64,000 bases of DNA, taken from the sequence record OP177727.1. One strand, 5' to 3'. This DNA is from Escherichia phage pEC-M2929-1AR.1. Below, in pieces: positions 16,788 to 26,652 of the stretch. Position 1 is the stretch's first letter; each line of letters begins with the position of its first letter. The notes below the pieces were generated by a model. That model worked only from the letters and a program-made list of their open reading frames with translations, was not told the origin of the DNA and did no database searches. Position numbers and translations under genes: made by a program.

Positions 16788-17746
16788 GTAAATTAACAGA
16801 CGAACAGAAAGCCTTGATTGTATCTATGAAAGCACAAGGTTATTCTTCGCGTAAGATTGCACAAGAGGTGTTGGGAAGTTCTACTAAGAAGAGCACAGTA
16901 AATGATTACTTAGCTCGTGTAAATTCACCACATCGCGGTGCTCCGCAAGATAAAGGTGGGCCAGTAATTAAAATTATTGACGTAGAGACAGCACCGGAGA
17001 TTGTGTATAGCTTCTCACGTTTCAAAGCCTTTATTGCACCTGAACAAGTTATTCGTCGAGGTTACTTGCTTTCCTATTCATCTGCTGATTTAGAAACAGG
17101 AGAAGTAGAAGGTAAGAACCTTAGCAATTACTCTCTGTTTGACATAGATCATACAGATGATTGGGAATTATGTCAAGATCTGTGGCACTTGCTTGACGAT
17201 GCAGATATTGTGATCGCGCACAACGGTATTAAGTTTGATAAGGCTTATATTAACCAACGTTTTGCTTTTCACGGTATGGAGCCACCATCGCACTATGTTG
17301 TAATTGATACACTCAAGGCAGCTAAGAAGCAGTTTGCACTACCTTCTAATGCGCTTAAAGAAATGTGTTTGTATTTTGATACAGAAAACTTTAAACTTGA
17401 TAATGAAGGTTTTCCTTTGTGGAAAGCATGTTGTGAAGGAGACAGACACGCCTTCTTCCGTATGCAAACATACAATGATGGTGATGTTGTTTCTCTTAGA
17501 GATCTTTACATCAAACTTCGTGCGTGGATTCCACAACATCCTAACGTATCTGCATTCTATGACGATGAAAAACTTCGTTGTCCTCGTTGCGGTAAAGAGC
17601 ACCTTGAAGTTGTTCCTGGTAAGGTTTACACAACAGCGGTTAGTACATTCCAAGTGCTAAGATGCACATCATGTAATAGCCTGTCTCGTGGACGTGTTAA
17701 TTTGCGTAGCAAAGAGAAGCGTGTAAACACTGTTATTGGAATTTAA
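16784..17746 (+). CDS. DEDD-type 3'-5' exonuclease with C-terminal zinc ribbon
   Basis: IIDVETAPE (exo I), HNGIKFDKAY (exo II), YNDGDVVSL (exo III); C-terminal CPRC...CTSC. Confidence 0.6.
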   Translation: MSKLTDEQKALIVSMKAQGYSSRKIAQEVLGSSTKKSTVNDYLARVNSPHRGAPQDKGGPVIKIIDVETAPEIVYSFSRFKAFIAPEQVIRRGYLLSYSSADLETGEVEGKNLSNYSLFDIDHTDDWELCQDLWHLLDDADIVIAHNGIKFDKAYINQRFAFHGMEPPSHYVVIDTLKAAKKQFALPSNALKEMCLYFDTENFKLDNEGFPLWKACCEGDRHAFFRMQTYNDGDVVSLRDLYIKLRAWIPQHPNVSAFYDDEKLRCPRCGKEHLEVVPGKVYTTAVSTFQVLRCTSCNSLSRGRVNLRSKEKRVNTVIGI

Positions 17747-17776
17747 TAAAAAGGGGCGAAAGCCCCTTTATTTTTG
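17747..17776 (+). terminator. intrinsic terminator (AAAAAGGGGCGAAAGCCCCTTTATTTTT)
   Basis: GC stem with GAAA loop followed by T-run immediately after stop codon. Confidence 0.7.
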
Positions 17777-17784
17777 GAGGATTT

Positions 17785-18186
17785 ATGACTACAGCCCTGG
17801 ATATTCAAATTGATGGTGATCACTACAAACGTATGCGTATGCAACCTTTGGAACTTGCATATCTAATTGGTGCAACTCCTTGTTTCACTAAGTTAGCTAA
17901 GTATGCTTGTCGAAACAAAGGTGATCGTGTGATCAACCTAAACAAAGCGATTCACGTTATTCATATTGAAAAAGAATTGAGTGATAAATATTACAATATG
18001 TTGTATGAAGCCTACCCTAACTTAAAAAATCCTGTAAAAATTGAGTTAGCTAATCAGCTAATTGATTTATACACAGACGATGATCTTGTTCGTAAGGCTT
18101 TAAAAGCAATGTATAAAGGTAAGTATATTGAAGCAGCAGATGCTATTGAACAATTGAAGGAGAGTGTAGATGGCTTCTCACGGTAA
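17785..18186 (+). CDS. hypothetical protein (133 aa)
   Basis: ORF track; GGAGG RBS after terminator. Confidence 0.55.
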   Translation: MTTALDIQIDGDHYKRMRMQPLELAYLIGATPCFTKLAKYACRNKGDRVINLNKAIHVIHIEKELSDKYYNMLYEAYPNLKNPVKIELANQLIDLYTDDDLVRKALKAMYKGKYIEAADAIEQLKESVDGFSR

Positions 18187-18364
18187 ACAATACGGAGAGG
18201 GTGAAGTGTATAAAATATACAATAAACGTGGAGATAAACTCCTATATACAATCACAATCCCAGAAAACATGTGTAAGGCTGGTTTAGACCGTATGCTTTT
18301 CTTTAAATATAACATTCCACCTGGAGATTATGTAGCTAAAAAGGTGAGCACTATTGGAAAATAA
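18170..18364 (+). CDS. hypothetical protein (64 aa)
   Basis: ORF track; GAAGGAG RBS. Confidence 0.5.
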   Translation: MASHGKQYGEGEVYKIYNKRGDKLLYTITIPENMCKAGLDRMLFFKYNIPPGDYVAKKVSTIGK

Positions 18365-18929
18365 AGAACCTAAAGTTATTTGGGGAGATGGAACACCTTG
18401 GAAAACTCAAGCAGCCTTTTATACATATTTAAGGGGTTGCTTAAGGAAAGCATGGGTGAGACACCCGAATAAGATAAAAAAGATCCAATCTGTACGATTT
18501 AAAGCCGATAGGTTGGATAAAGATGGCAATGTAGTTTTAGATAAGAAAACAGGCAAACCGAAACAGGTTTGGAATTGTCAATGTGAATTGTGTGGACATA
18601 CAGGAGGTATGAAAGACTTTCAAGTAGACCATATTAATGCAGCAGGTACATTAACCTGTTATGAAGATATCCCAAGTTTTGTTTTACGCCTATTGTATGT
18701 AACAGAAGACGACCTGCGTGTAGTTTGTAAGCAGTGTAACGCTATCCTAGCTTATGCTGACAAGCACGATATGACATTCAGGGAAGCAAAAGCGGAGAAG
18801 GAAGCGATAGCTTTATGCCAGTCTAAAAAGGATAAAAATTGGCTAACGAAGCGCGGAATTTCACCAGAAAGTACAGTAAGTAAGCGAAGAAAACAAATAG
18901 TAAAAATTCTTCTTGACGAAGAGAAATAA
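18354..18929 (+). CDS. HNH endonuclease (possible homing endonuclease)
   Basis: CQCELCGHTGG...QVDHINAAG...CKQCN matches HNH zinc-finger nuclease signature. Confidence 0.7.
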   Translation: MENKEPKVIWGDGTPWKTQAAFYTYLRGCLRKAWVRHPNKIKKIQSVRFKADRLDKDGNVVLDKKTGKPKQVWNCQCELCGHTGGMKDFQVDHINAAGTLTCYEDIPSFVLRLLYVTEDDLRVVCKQCNAILAYADKHDMTFREAKAEKEAIALCQSKKDKNWLTKRGISPESTVSKRRKQIVKILLDEEK

Positions 18930-18974
18930 TAAAGTATTATCGCTCCCACAAATGGGAGCGTTAGAGGAGAAAAT

Positions 18975-19538
18975 ATGGCTAAACTTTATTTCCGATATAG
19001 TCCGATGAACAGTGGTAAAAGCACACATCTTCTACAAACAGCTTGGAACTATAAAGAAAGAAATATGAAAGTTCTTCTTTTAACTTCAGCTTTAGATACC
19101 AGATCTGGTGGTGCTATTGCTTCTAGGATAGGTATTAAAGAGGAAGCAAAACCAGTTAAAACAAAAGAAGATATGCTGGAAATTTATACACAACTTAAAG
19201 AGAATCCAGTAGATGCAGTATTTGTGGACGAATCACAATTCCTAACTAAAGATATGGTTGACATTCTTGGAGATGTGGTAGATAATTACGATATTCCTGT
19301 ATTCTGCTATGGACTTAAAACAGATTTTGCTACAGAATTGTTTGAAGGTTCTGAACGGTTATTAGCCATAGCAGATTCCATTACAGAATTGAAAAGCATT
19401 TGTAAATGTGGAAGAAAAGCTATTTTCAATGCTAGACTTATCGACTCTAAAGAACAGATTGTTATTGGAGGAGAAGACATTTACGAAACAATGTGTAGAA
19501 AATGTTATAACAGGAGAAATAATGCGTCTAGTATGTGA
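18975..19538 (+). CDS. tdk: thymidine kinase
   Basis: P-loop YSPMNSGKST, FVDESQF, C-terminal CKCG...CRKC zinc motif typical of type II thymidine kinases. Confidence 0.85.
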   Translation: MAKLYFRYSPMNSGKSTHLLQTAWNYKERNMKVLLLTSALDTRSGGAIASRIGIKEEAKPVKTKEDMLEIYTQLKENPVDAVFVDESQFLTKDMVDILGDVVDNYDIPVFCYGLKTDFATELFEGSERLLAIADSITELKSICKCGRKAIFNARLIDSKEQIVIGGEDIYETMCRKCYNRRNNASSM

Positions 19539-20112
19539 TTGGGATTTAGTAATAGCTCCAGCGGATATAGAATGGTTAAATTGGTTAAATGCGGTAAGTA
19601 GATCTAATATCAAATTTGATAAGACACATAAAACTGTGCACTATGATATTACGAAATATTTCCCTGATTTTAAAAAGCAATTTGGTGTAGATCCTTATTC
19701 TTTTTGGGATAACCAACATCTATATGATACTATGGGAGTAGTACCTAATAGTACAGATGTTGTTCATCGTATAATTGCAAATGGAGCTAATATATCTATA
19801 GCGAGCCACACTAAGGGTGGACACCTTAGTTCTAAATATAGACACGTAACACGATCTTTAGATAAAGTGGATTTTAGTAGAACATCTGGTAATGGTTTTT
19901 TCGCAACAAAAGAAAAATACTTATTACCTTGCGATGTAACTATTGACGATAGGGCTGAAAATCTTGTCCTGTTTCCAGATGAAACGTTGAAAATATATTT
20001 CAACACTATTTACGAAGATCCATATTTGGAAGAGTTAAAGAAACTTCCTAATGTAATTATCACTGGTTTAGATAATCAGTGGGAAGAAATTGAAAGTATT
20101 TTACTACCTTAA
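19522..20112 (+). CDS. HAD-family 5'(3')-deoxyribonucleotidase-like protein
   Basis: N-terminal CDWDLV (DxD motif) and TIDDRAEN (IDD motif); ATG at 19522 after CAGGAGAAAT; overlaps tdk 3' end. Confidence 0.5.
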   Translation: MRLVCDWDLVIAPADIEWLNWLNAVSRSNIKFDKTHKTVHYDITKYFPDFKKQFGVDPYSFWDNQHLYDTMGVVPNSTDVVHRIIANGANISIASHTKGGHLSSKYRHVTRSLDKVDFSRTSGNGFFATKEKYLLPCDVTIDDRAENLVLFPDETLKIYFNTIYEDPYLEELKKLPNVIITGLDNQWEEIESILLP

Positions 20113-20121
20113 GGAGAAATA

Positions 20122-21093
20122 ATGACAAATTCTATTTCAGCAAAAATTATTGCACACTCTCAAACATCCGAAGGTAAGGATATTGTTACCTTTGAACTTG
20201 AATATCCTCGAATCATTCACTCTGAATTGATGACGCATCGTTTGTTTTCTCGTAATGCCGCATCAAGTCGAGCTATCCCTGTTAAAACCCTGATTGAAAT
20301 GGTACGGCAATCTCCAGCACGTCCTTATCGTTTTGGTGCTAACCAACCAGGTATGCAAGATAAAGGCACAGATCACGATGCCCTGATTGATGCAGGTTAC
20401 ACTGCAAAAGAATGGTGGGACTTGGCTGCGCTAAGTGCTGCACGTTTTGCAGAAGAGTTTGCCCTTGCTGGTTATCATAAACAGGTTGCAAACCGCCTAC
20501 TAGAACCATTTCAGCGTATGAAGACTGTAGTAACCACTACAGAGCTAGAAAACTTCTTGTGGTTGCGCGTAGATGCTGATGCAGATCCTACTATTGAGGC
20601 TCTTGCTAAAGAAATTAAAAAACTGTATGAATCTTCTGAACCATATCTTCTTTTCCCAGGAGAATGGCATACACCTTACGTTAATCGTGATCGAGATCCA
20701 GAAACTGGTATGATCCGTTATTTCTTGGGTGAAACCTTCTCCAACGAGAAAATGTTGACAGAAGATGAAGCAAAAGCTATTTCAGCTTCTTGTTGCGCTC
20801 AGGTAAGTTATCGTAAGTTGAATGATACTAAAGATAAAGCATTGGATATCTATTCTCGTTTGCTGTCTGGACAAAAGGTACATGCATCTCCGTTTGAACA
20901 CCAGGCAACGCCAATGAAAGAAATGGATTTGTCAGGATTAAAACAACAGAAAGGTGGTATTAATATTCCTCCGTTCCCTTCCTCTTGGGAAGAAGGTATT
21001 ACACATATGGATCGTAAACATCGTTTGTGGAGTGGAAACTTCTGTGGTTGGATTCAACATCGTCAACTTTTGACGAACCATACAAAATGGTGA
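20122..21093 (+). CDS. thyX: flavin-dependent thymidylate synthase (ThyX-like)
   Basis: THRLFSRNAASSRA resembles the ThyX RHR-x7-S signature (first Arg replaced); located between tdk and nrdAB. Confidence 0.6.
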   Translation: MTNSISAKIIAHSQTSEGKDIVTFELEYPRIIHSELMTHRLFSRNAASSRAIPVKTLIEMVRQSPARPYRFGANQPGMQDKGTDHDALIDAGYTAKEWWDLAALSAARFAEEFALAGYHKQVANRLLEPFQRMKTVVTTTELENFLWLRVDADADPTIEALAKEIKKLYESSEPYLLFPGEWHTPYVNRDRDPETGMIRYFLGETFSNEKMLTEDEAKAISASCCAQVSYRKLNDTKDKALDIYSRLLSGQKVHASPFEHQATPMKEMDLSGLKQQKGGINIPPFPSSWEEGITHMDRKHRLWSGNFCGWIQHRQLLTNHTKW

Positions 21094-21190
21094 TCAACTT
21101 AAAATTATAGTTGACTTTTAATTGAGATTCGTGTAGTATAGGCTAACGTTAGGAGAGCTATGCTCTCCTTAAAAGAGAGAAGGAGAATTT

Positions 21191-21601
21191 ATGTCACTAA
21201 TTAATACAACCATTTGGGCGACCGTAAGTATGTCTACCATTAAGGCTACACCGATCTGGAAAGAAATGGCTAAAAAACACGGAGGAAAAATTCCTCACGA
21301 GTATCATAACACTACATTGCGAGCAGCATTAGTAATGCTTGGTATGTCTACCGATGGACATTATACAGTAGAACGTGGTGTTAATATTCGTAGTAACAAC
21401 AATCGACGTGTGGTGTTTGCAAATACTACATTGTATACTTTCCCAGTTCGACAAGACTATAAATATAAGCGAATCTATCAAGGTGTAGATATTTTGCACT
21501 TTGGAGAAGAAGATTTTACAGGTTGGGGTAGCTCTCATATCAAAATGGAAGACTTCGGAAATGAACATGATCCATCACGAGATGATGATTCTGAATTCTA
21601 A
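21191..21601 (+). CDS. hypothetical protein (136 aa)
   Basis: ORF track; AGAGAAGGAG RBS. Confidence 0.5.
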   Translation: MSLINTTIWATVSMSTIKATPIWKEMAKKHGGKIPHEYHNTTLRAALVMLGMSTDGHYTVERGVNIRSNNNRRVVFANTTLYTFPVRQDYKYKRIYQGVDILHFGEEDFTGWGSSHIKMEDFGNEHDPSRDDDSEF

Positions 21602-21862
21602 TTGAGAGGCCAAATGACAGAAAGTAATAAATATGAAGGCTGTGAAATTGAAGTCTATTTTGATGAAACATTAGGTTGCAATGTAACAGTTATCCTTGAT
21701 ACATCTAAAAGATTATCCCCAAAAAGACAAGAAGCAGACCGCAAAGCAAAGGCAAAAGGTTTTGAAGGTATAGATCATTTTGAAGGTTTTCTATACGCAA
21801 ATGGCTTATATAATGAGATGCGTGGCGGTTATGATGTAGATGTTCTAAACATGCACAATTAA
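21602..21862 (+). CDS. hypothetical protein
   Basis: ORF track; true start may be ATG at 21614. Confidence 0.45.
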   Translation: MRGQMTESNKYEGCEIEVYFDETLGCNVTVILDTSKRLSPKRQEADRKAKAKGFEGIDHFEGFLYANGLYNEMRGGYDVDVLNMHN

Positions 21863-21873
21863 TAGGAGAGGAA

Positions 21874-24135
21874 GTGACTCAGTATCTAAGCAAATCTATC
21901 CGTTATGTAACAAAAACAAACGGCAAGAAAGAAGAATTTAATCCAGAAAAACTTCGTAAATGGTCAGAGTTTGCTGCTGGTAAATTAAATTGGTCTGAAA
22001 TTGAACTTGAAGCTGTTAAACGTTGTTACGACGGTGTGCCTACTCGTGATTTACATAAAGCTATGATAGCAGCATGTATTGATAAGAAAGATCAGGCATA
22101 TAGTGATATGGCAGGTCGGTTACTTCTTGGTATGATTTATAAACAGGCTCATGGGGGATATCACAATATCCCCTCCCTCCTGGATTTCTACAATATGTCT
22201 GTAAGTAAAGGCTATTGGGGAAAAATGGATTATACAGAAGAAGAAATTATTGAGATTGGTAAAATTGTCAATCACGATAAAAACCTAACTTATGGTTATT
22301 CCGTACTGCGCCAGATGGTTGATAAGTATCTTGTGAAAGATGCGATCAATGATGTTGTTTTTGAATCACCACAGTTTTTATTCATTGGTGTAGCAATGAA
22401 GGTAATGGAAATCCAACCAAAAGATCGCAGAGTAGAAGACATTAAACGTCTATATACCTACGTAAGTGATCTTAAGATTAATTTACCATCGCCTTATTTA
22501 ACAACTTTGCGTACTAAGATTAAAGGTAGTGCTTCTTGTTGTCTGTTTAGAGCAGATGATACAGCAGAATCTTTAGCAATTGCTAACTATCTTGCGCATG
22601 AGTATACATTGAATAATGCAGGTATTGGTGTTAACCTTCAAACCCGTGCCACAGGACAAGGTGTTAAGAACAACCGTATCGTTCACGGTGGTCTTTTACC
22701 ATATCTGAAATGGATGGAGACAAGTGTTGGAGCATCAAAACAAGCAAGTCGTGGTGGAAGTGCAACAGTAACGTTTACAATATTAGAACCTGATTTTGAA
22801 GATCTGGTACGTTTGAAAAACCCAACTACTGTTAGTGAAAAACGAGTAGATAAACTTGATTACTCTATCGTAGTAAACAATGCTTTCCTGCGCCGTGCAG
22901 CAAAAGGTAAAGATTGGATGCTAGTTAGTTATGACGAAGCACCAGAACTCTATGAGGCACTTTATAAAAGTGAGGAAGAGTTTGAAGAAGTATATGAAAA
23001 AGTTAGTCGCAAACGTATTAAGAAGAAGTTTGTAAAAGCACGAGATCTTCTGGCAGAAATTATTACACAAAGAGCAGAGACAGGACGTATTTATATGTTC
23101 TTTGCGGATAATGCTAATAGGCATACTCCGTTTAAGGATGTTATTTATCAGTCAAACTTGTGCCAAGAAATTTTCTTACCTACGAAAGCATTTCACAATA
23201 TGACTGATCTTTTCACAGGTGAGAATACAGAAGATCAAGAATTGGCATTATGCTTCCTGTCTTCTATTGTAGCTGGTCGTGTTACACCAGAAGAATATGA
23301 AGATGTTGCATATTATACAGTTCTAACTATTGATAATGTTATTGAAACAATGCAGTATCCGTTTAAACATAACGAAATCACTGCTAAAGCACGTAGGTCT
23401 ATCGGTGTAGGTATTACAAACCTTGCACATTATCTGGCAAGTAATTTTGTTACTTATTCAGATCCTTACGGCAAAAAACTAATTCACGAATTAGCAGAAA
23501 GGCATTATTACTGGTTAGCAAGAGCTTCTCTTCGTTTGGCAAAAGAGAAGGGTAATGCAGAATGGATGCATAAAACCAAATGGCCTGAAGGATGGTTGCC
23601 TATTGACACCTACGCTAAAGCTGTAGACGATATTGGCAATTTTAAACTTAAAATGGATTGGGAAGGTTTACGACAAGATATCATTGCACAAGGCGGTATC
23701 CGAAATAGTGTATTAGCAGCTATTGCTCCGAATGAGTCCAGTAGTCTTGTAAGTAATACGACTAACTCTGTGTATCCTGTACGTGATACTATAGTTTATA
23801 AACAAAGCCAAAAAGGTAATGTCCTGTTTATTGTGCCAGACTATGATAAACTAAAAGATATTTACCAATCGGCTTGGGATACGCCAGATAAAGATATGGC
23901 TGAAGCATATGGATTATTGACTAAATTCTTAGATCAAGGTGCATCATGTGATAAGTGGATTGACTATTCTAAGATGGAAGGTGGTCGTTTATCCATTAAA
24001 TCAGAAATGCAATATATTCTTCAGTTTGCAAAACTTGGTGGTAAATCTTTGTACTATCTAAATAGCAGAACAAAATCGGCAACCTCACTCGCTCAAGAGG
24101 ATGAAGAATCCGGTTGTGAGGCTTGTAAGATGTAA
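21874..24135 (+). CDS. nrdA: ribonucleoside-diphosphate reductase large subunit (class I)
   Basis: 753 aa; N-terminal ATP-cone-like region, SNLCQEI active-site block, C-terminal GCEACKM redox tail; AGGAGAGG RBS, GTG start. Confidence 0.9.
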   Translation: MTQYLSKSIRYVTKTNGKKEEFNPEKLRKWSEFAAGKLNWSEIELEAVKRCYDGVPTRDLHKAMIAACIDKKDQAYSDMAGRLLLGMIYKQAHGGYHNIPSLLDFYNMSVSKGYWGKMDYTEEEIIEIGKIVNHDKNLTYGYSVLRQMVDKYLVKDAINDVVFESPQFLFIGVAMKVMEIQPKDRRVEDIKRLYTYVSDLKINLPSPYLTTLRTKIKGSASCCLFRADDTAESLAIANYLAHEYTLNNAGIGVNLQTRATGQGVKNNRIVHGGLLPYLKWMETSVGASKQASRGGSATVTFTILEPDFEDLVRLKNPTTVSEKRVDKLDYSIVVNNAFLRRAAKGKDWMLVSYDEAPELYEALYKSEEEFEEVYEKVSRKRIKKKFVKARDLLAEIITQRAETGRIYMFFADNANRHTPFKDVIYQSNLCQEIFLPTKAFHNMTDLFTGENTEDQELALCFLSSIVAGRVTPEEYEDVAYYTVLTIDNVIETMQYPFKHNEITAKARRSIGVGITNLAHYLASNFVTYSDPYGKKLIHELAERHYYWLARASLRLAKEKGNAEWMHKTKWPEGWLPIDTYAKAVDDIGNFKLKMDWEGLRQDIIAQGGIRNSVLAAIAPNESSSLVSNTTNSVYPVRDTIVYKQSQKGNVLFIVPDYDKLKDIYQSAWDTPDKDMAEAYGLLTKFLDQGASCDKWIDYSKMEGGRLSIKSEMQYILQFAKLGGKSLYYLNSRTKSATSLAQEDEESGCEACKM

Positions 24136-24141
24136 TGAAAC

Positions 24142-24165
24142 TAGGGGGCTTTGTCCCCCTTTCTT
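24142..24165 (+). terminator. terminator-like hairpin (AGGGGGCTTTGTCCCCCT)
   Basis: GC-rich stem-loop followed by TTTCTT directly after nrdA stop. Confidence 0.4.
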
Positions 24166-24175
24166 AAGGAGGAAT

Positions 24176-24511
24176 ATGCCTACATTAGTTGTATTACCTG
24201 GAGCAACACCACAAAGACGTTGGGGAAATTATACACTGGTAGATAGTAAAGATTTTACATTCGATTGGTGTTGCCATTATATTGCAGGTTTTCAATTTTC
24301 CAGTGTTGAAATATGGGCTTCCAATGATCCAGAAGCTACCTGGTATGCTTTAACCAGGGCAAGATATGATGGAGAGGTTACTATACTACTCACAAAGAGT
24401 GTATGGAACGCATTAGAGAAGGCTTACATAGAGAATGGTATGGAGAGAAAACACATTGATACAATAAAAGCAATGTGTGATATTGTGGAGGATTTAAATG
24501 GCAGCGATTAA
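24176..24511 (+). CDS. hypothetical protein
   Basis: Track ORF 24101-24511 trimmed to ATG at 24176 after AAGGAGGAAT. Confidence 0.45.
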   Translation: MPTLVVLPGATPQRRWGNYTLVDSKDFTFDWCCHYIAGFQFSSVEIWASNDPEATWYALTRARYDGEVTILLTKSVWNALEKAYIENGMERKHIDTIKAMCDIVEDLNGSD

Positions 24512-25583
24512 TTTATACAACGACACTTACAAAGAAGGTTTCTATCCTGTATTTTTGGGAGAACAGTTAGGTATTTTTGATTCTATTAATGTAACATACC
24601 CAGAAATGCATCGTCTGTACAAACTACAAAAACAGCAAGATTGGGATGAAAACGAGGTAGACTTAGATCAGACACGAAAAGATTTCGTAGCTTGTTCTAA
24701 AAGCAACTATGATGTTATGATCAAAAACCTATCTTTCCAATGGGAAAATGATTCACTTGCTAAATCAATTATCACTTTGTTTGCACCATTTTTAAGCAAC
24801 AACGAAGCATGTGCAATGATGATGAAGCAATCGGAAATGGAAGTTTTACACGCTTTGACATATTCTGAAATTATTCGTCAGTGTATCCCTAATCCAAATG
24901 AAGTTATCGATCAGATTATGGAGAATGAAAGAATCTTCCAGAGGATGGGTATAGTTGAAGAGGTAATGAGTGATCTGGCAGAAGCAGGACATAAATATGC
25001 TCTAGGTCTGATTGAGAAGGATGATAACCTTCGTCTACTGATCCTGAAAGGAATGATTGCACTTATCGGTCTGGAAGGCATTCAATTCATATCCTCTTTT
25101 GCTGCAACATTTGCTTTAGCAGAGCAGCAACTGTTTGTAGGTGCAGCTAAACTCATTCAAAAAATTATGTTGGATGAACTATTGCACGTTAAAATGGATT
25201 ATGCTATTATTGATGCACTGCTGAAAGATCCTGTTTGGAGAAAAGTATACGAAGATAATATCGACGTTCTGACAGAAATTCTTGACACGGTAGTTGGACA
25301 AGAGGAAGATTGGTGTGACTATCTGTTTAGTGAAGGAAGGGTTATCGTTGGTGGTAACGCAGAGTTGTTCAAACTTTGGGTTTACTTCAATGCTGCACCT
25401 ATCTATCGCAGACTGAAAATGAAACATAAATTCCGTGCACCGAAGAAAAGTCCACTGCCTTGGATGGATGTTTGGTTAAATCCAGATCAAATTCAAGCAG
25501 CAGCACAGGAGATCCAAATTACAGCTTACAAACTGAATTCAGCAAATAAAGATGTAAGTGATGACGAGGAGTTAGACTTCTAA
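24498..25583 (+). CDS. nrdB: ribonucleoside-diphosphate reductase small subunit (class I)
   Basis: 361 aa; ferritin-like helices with E..H diiron ligands (EVLHALTYSE, ELLHV); immediately downstream of nrdA. Confidence 0.8.
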   Translation: MAAINLYNDTYKEGFYPVFLGEQLGIFDSINVTYPEMHRLYKLQKQQDWDENEVDLDQTRKDFVACSKSNYDVMIKNLSFQWENDSLAKSIITLFAPFLSNNEACAMMMKQSEMEVLHALTYSEIIRQCIPNPNEVIDQIMENERIFQRMGIVEEVMSDLAEAGHKYALGLIEKDDNLRLLILKGMIALIGLEGIQFISSFAATFALAEQQLFVGAAKLIQKIMLDELLHVKMDYAIIDALLKDPVWRKVYEDNIDVLTEILDTVVGQEEDWCDYLFSEGRVIVGGNAELFKLWVYFNAAPIYRRLKMKHKFRAPKKSPLPWMDVWLNPDQIQAAAQEIQITAYKLNSANKDVSDDEELDF

Positions 25584-25801
25584 TGAAACTACTTTGTGTT
25601 GGATTAATTTCTGACTTCAAAGACGTTTTCGAAAAGGGAGCCTCTTATGAGGCTTCCGAATTACAGAATGGTTTCTGTGATGTTTACGGTAAACGTTTAA
25701 AAAAGAATGGTGATCATTGGCTAGGAGTTATGTCTTGCGGTCACATTATAGTTAATGGTGTAGCCAAGTTTGAAATTATCAAAGGAGAAAAAGATGATTG
25801 A
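25583..25801 (+). CDS. hypothetical protein (72 aa)
   Basis: ORF track; ATG overlaps nrdB stop. Confidence 0.45.
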   Translation: MKLLCVGLISDFKDVFEKGASYEASELQNGFCDVYGKRLKKNGDHWLGVMSCGHIIVNGVAKFEIIKGEKDD

Positions 25802-25976
25802 TTTTGTTGATGTGGATATTAATTCTGACTTAACAGAAGATGAAGGTGGTGCTTTTGTGTGTTCAGATGGAGAAAAATGTTTTACTCTGATGGTAGAAAC
25901 TTATGATGGTATCACAGAAATTCTGTTAACAGAGAATGAGTTAAAACAGATGTTAGAAAAGATTGAGGAGCTTTAA
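25794..25976 (+). CDS. hypothetical acidic protein
   Basis: Track ORF 25770-25976 trimmed to ATG at 25794 after AAAGGAGAAAAAG. Confidence 0.45.
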   Translation: MIDFVDVDINSDLTEDEGGAFVCSDGEKCFTLMVETYDGITEILLTENELKQMLEKIEEL

Positions 25977-25978
25977 TA

Positions 25979-26125
25979 ATGGATGATGTAAGTATTTGTC
26001 CTATCTGCGGCGGCACTGGGAATTTTATTGTTAGTATGGAACAATTTATTCCTTGTTGGAATTGTAACGGCTTAGGTTTCGTTCATACAGAAGAAAAAGA
26101 AGAGGAGGAAGATAGTGGGAGTTGA
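25979..26125 (+). CDS. small zinc-finger protein (48 aa)
   Basis: Hand-translated MDDVSICPICGGTGNF...CWNCNG with two CxxC pairs; below track cutoff. Confidence 0.4.
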   Translation: MDDVSICPICGGTGNFIVSMEQFIPCWNCNGLGFVHTEEKEEEEDSGS

Positions 26126-26441
26126 TATTGCATGGCGTATGTTACAGGGTGCACCTTTTAATAAATGGGAAGAGGCTGTAGGAGAAGATCCTAAAATTGA
26201 AGAAGAATTTGATGGAGATTTGAACTGGTTCTTACAAGAAGGTCTTGATTTAAGTCGTATCTCTCCTTTCTATGATGCTGATGAATCTTATTGCATATAT
26301 GGCACTTATTTAGAAGGTGGCGAAGGAAGTATAGCTGTAGATCTTGAGCAACTAAATAAGAATGCAAAAGAAGCCTACGTACAACTTCTTGAAAAATATA
26401 ACATTGAAACGGAAACTATTATTTCTCAACACGTTTGGTAA
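26115..26441 (+). CDS. hypothetical acidic protein
   Basis: ORF track; GAGGAGGAAGATA upstream of GTG start. Confidence 0.45.
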   Translation: MGVDIAWRMLQGAPFNKWEEAVGEDPKIEEEFDGDLNWFLQEGLDLSRISPFYDADESYCIYGTYLEGGEGSIAVDLEQLNKNAKEAYVQLLEKYNIETETIISQHVW

Positions 26442-26454
26442 GGAGGATAGTAGA

Positions 26455-26652
26455 ATGATGCTAGATCGACTGATCAATGCTCCTCGCGTAACAGTAAGTC
26501 CAAAAACATTTGCATCACTTTTAGAAGATGCTAGAGAGGTTTATAACTTTACTGAAGAAGAGATTCCTGTTCCTGTTGAAAAAGGTTCCAGATGGTTGTT
26601 TTATGAAGGTATTATTTTTACTGAAGGAAATAATTGGAAGGAGACTAAATGA
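26455..26652 (+). CDS. hypothetical protein
   Basis: Track ORF 26362-26652 trimmed to ATG at 26455 after AAGGAGGATAG. Confidence 0.45.
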   Translation: MMLDRLINAPRVTVSPKTFASLLEDAREVYNFTEEEIPVPVEKGSRWLFYEGIIFTEGNNWKETK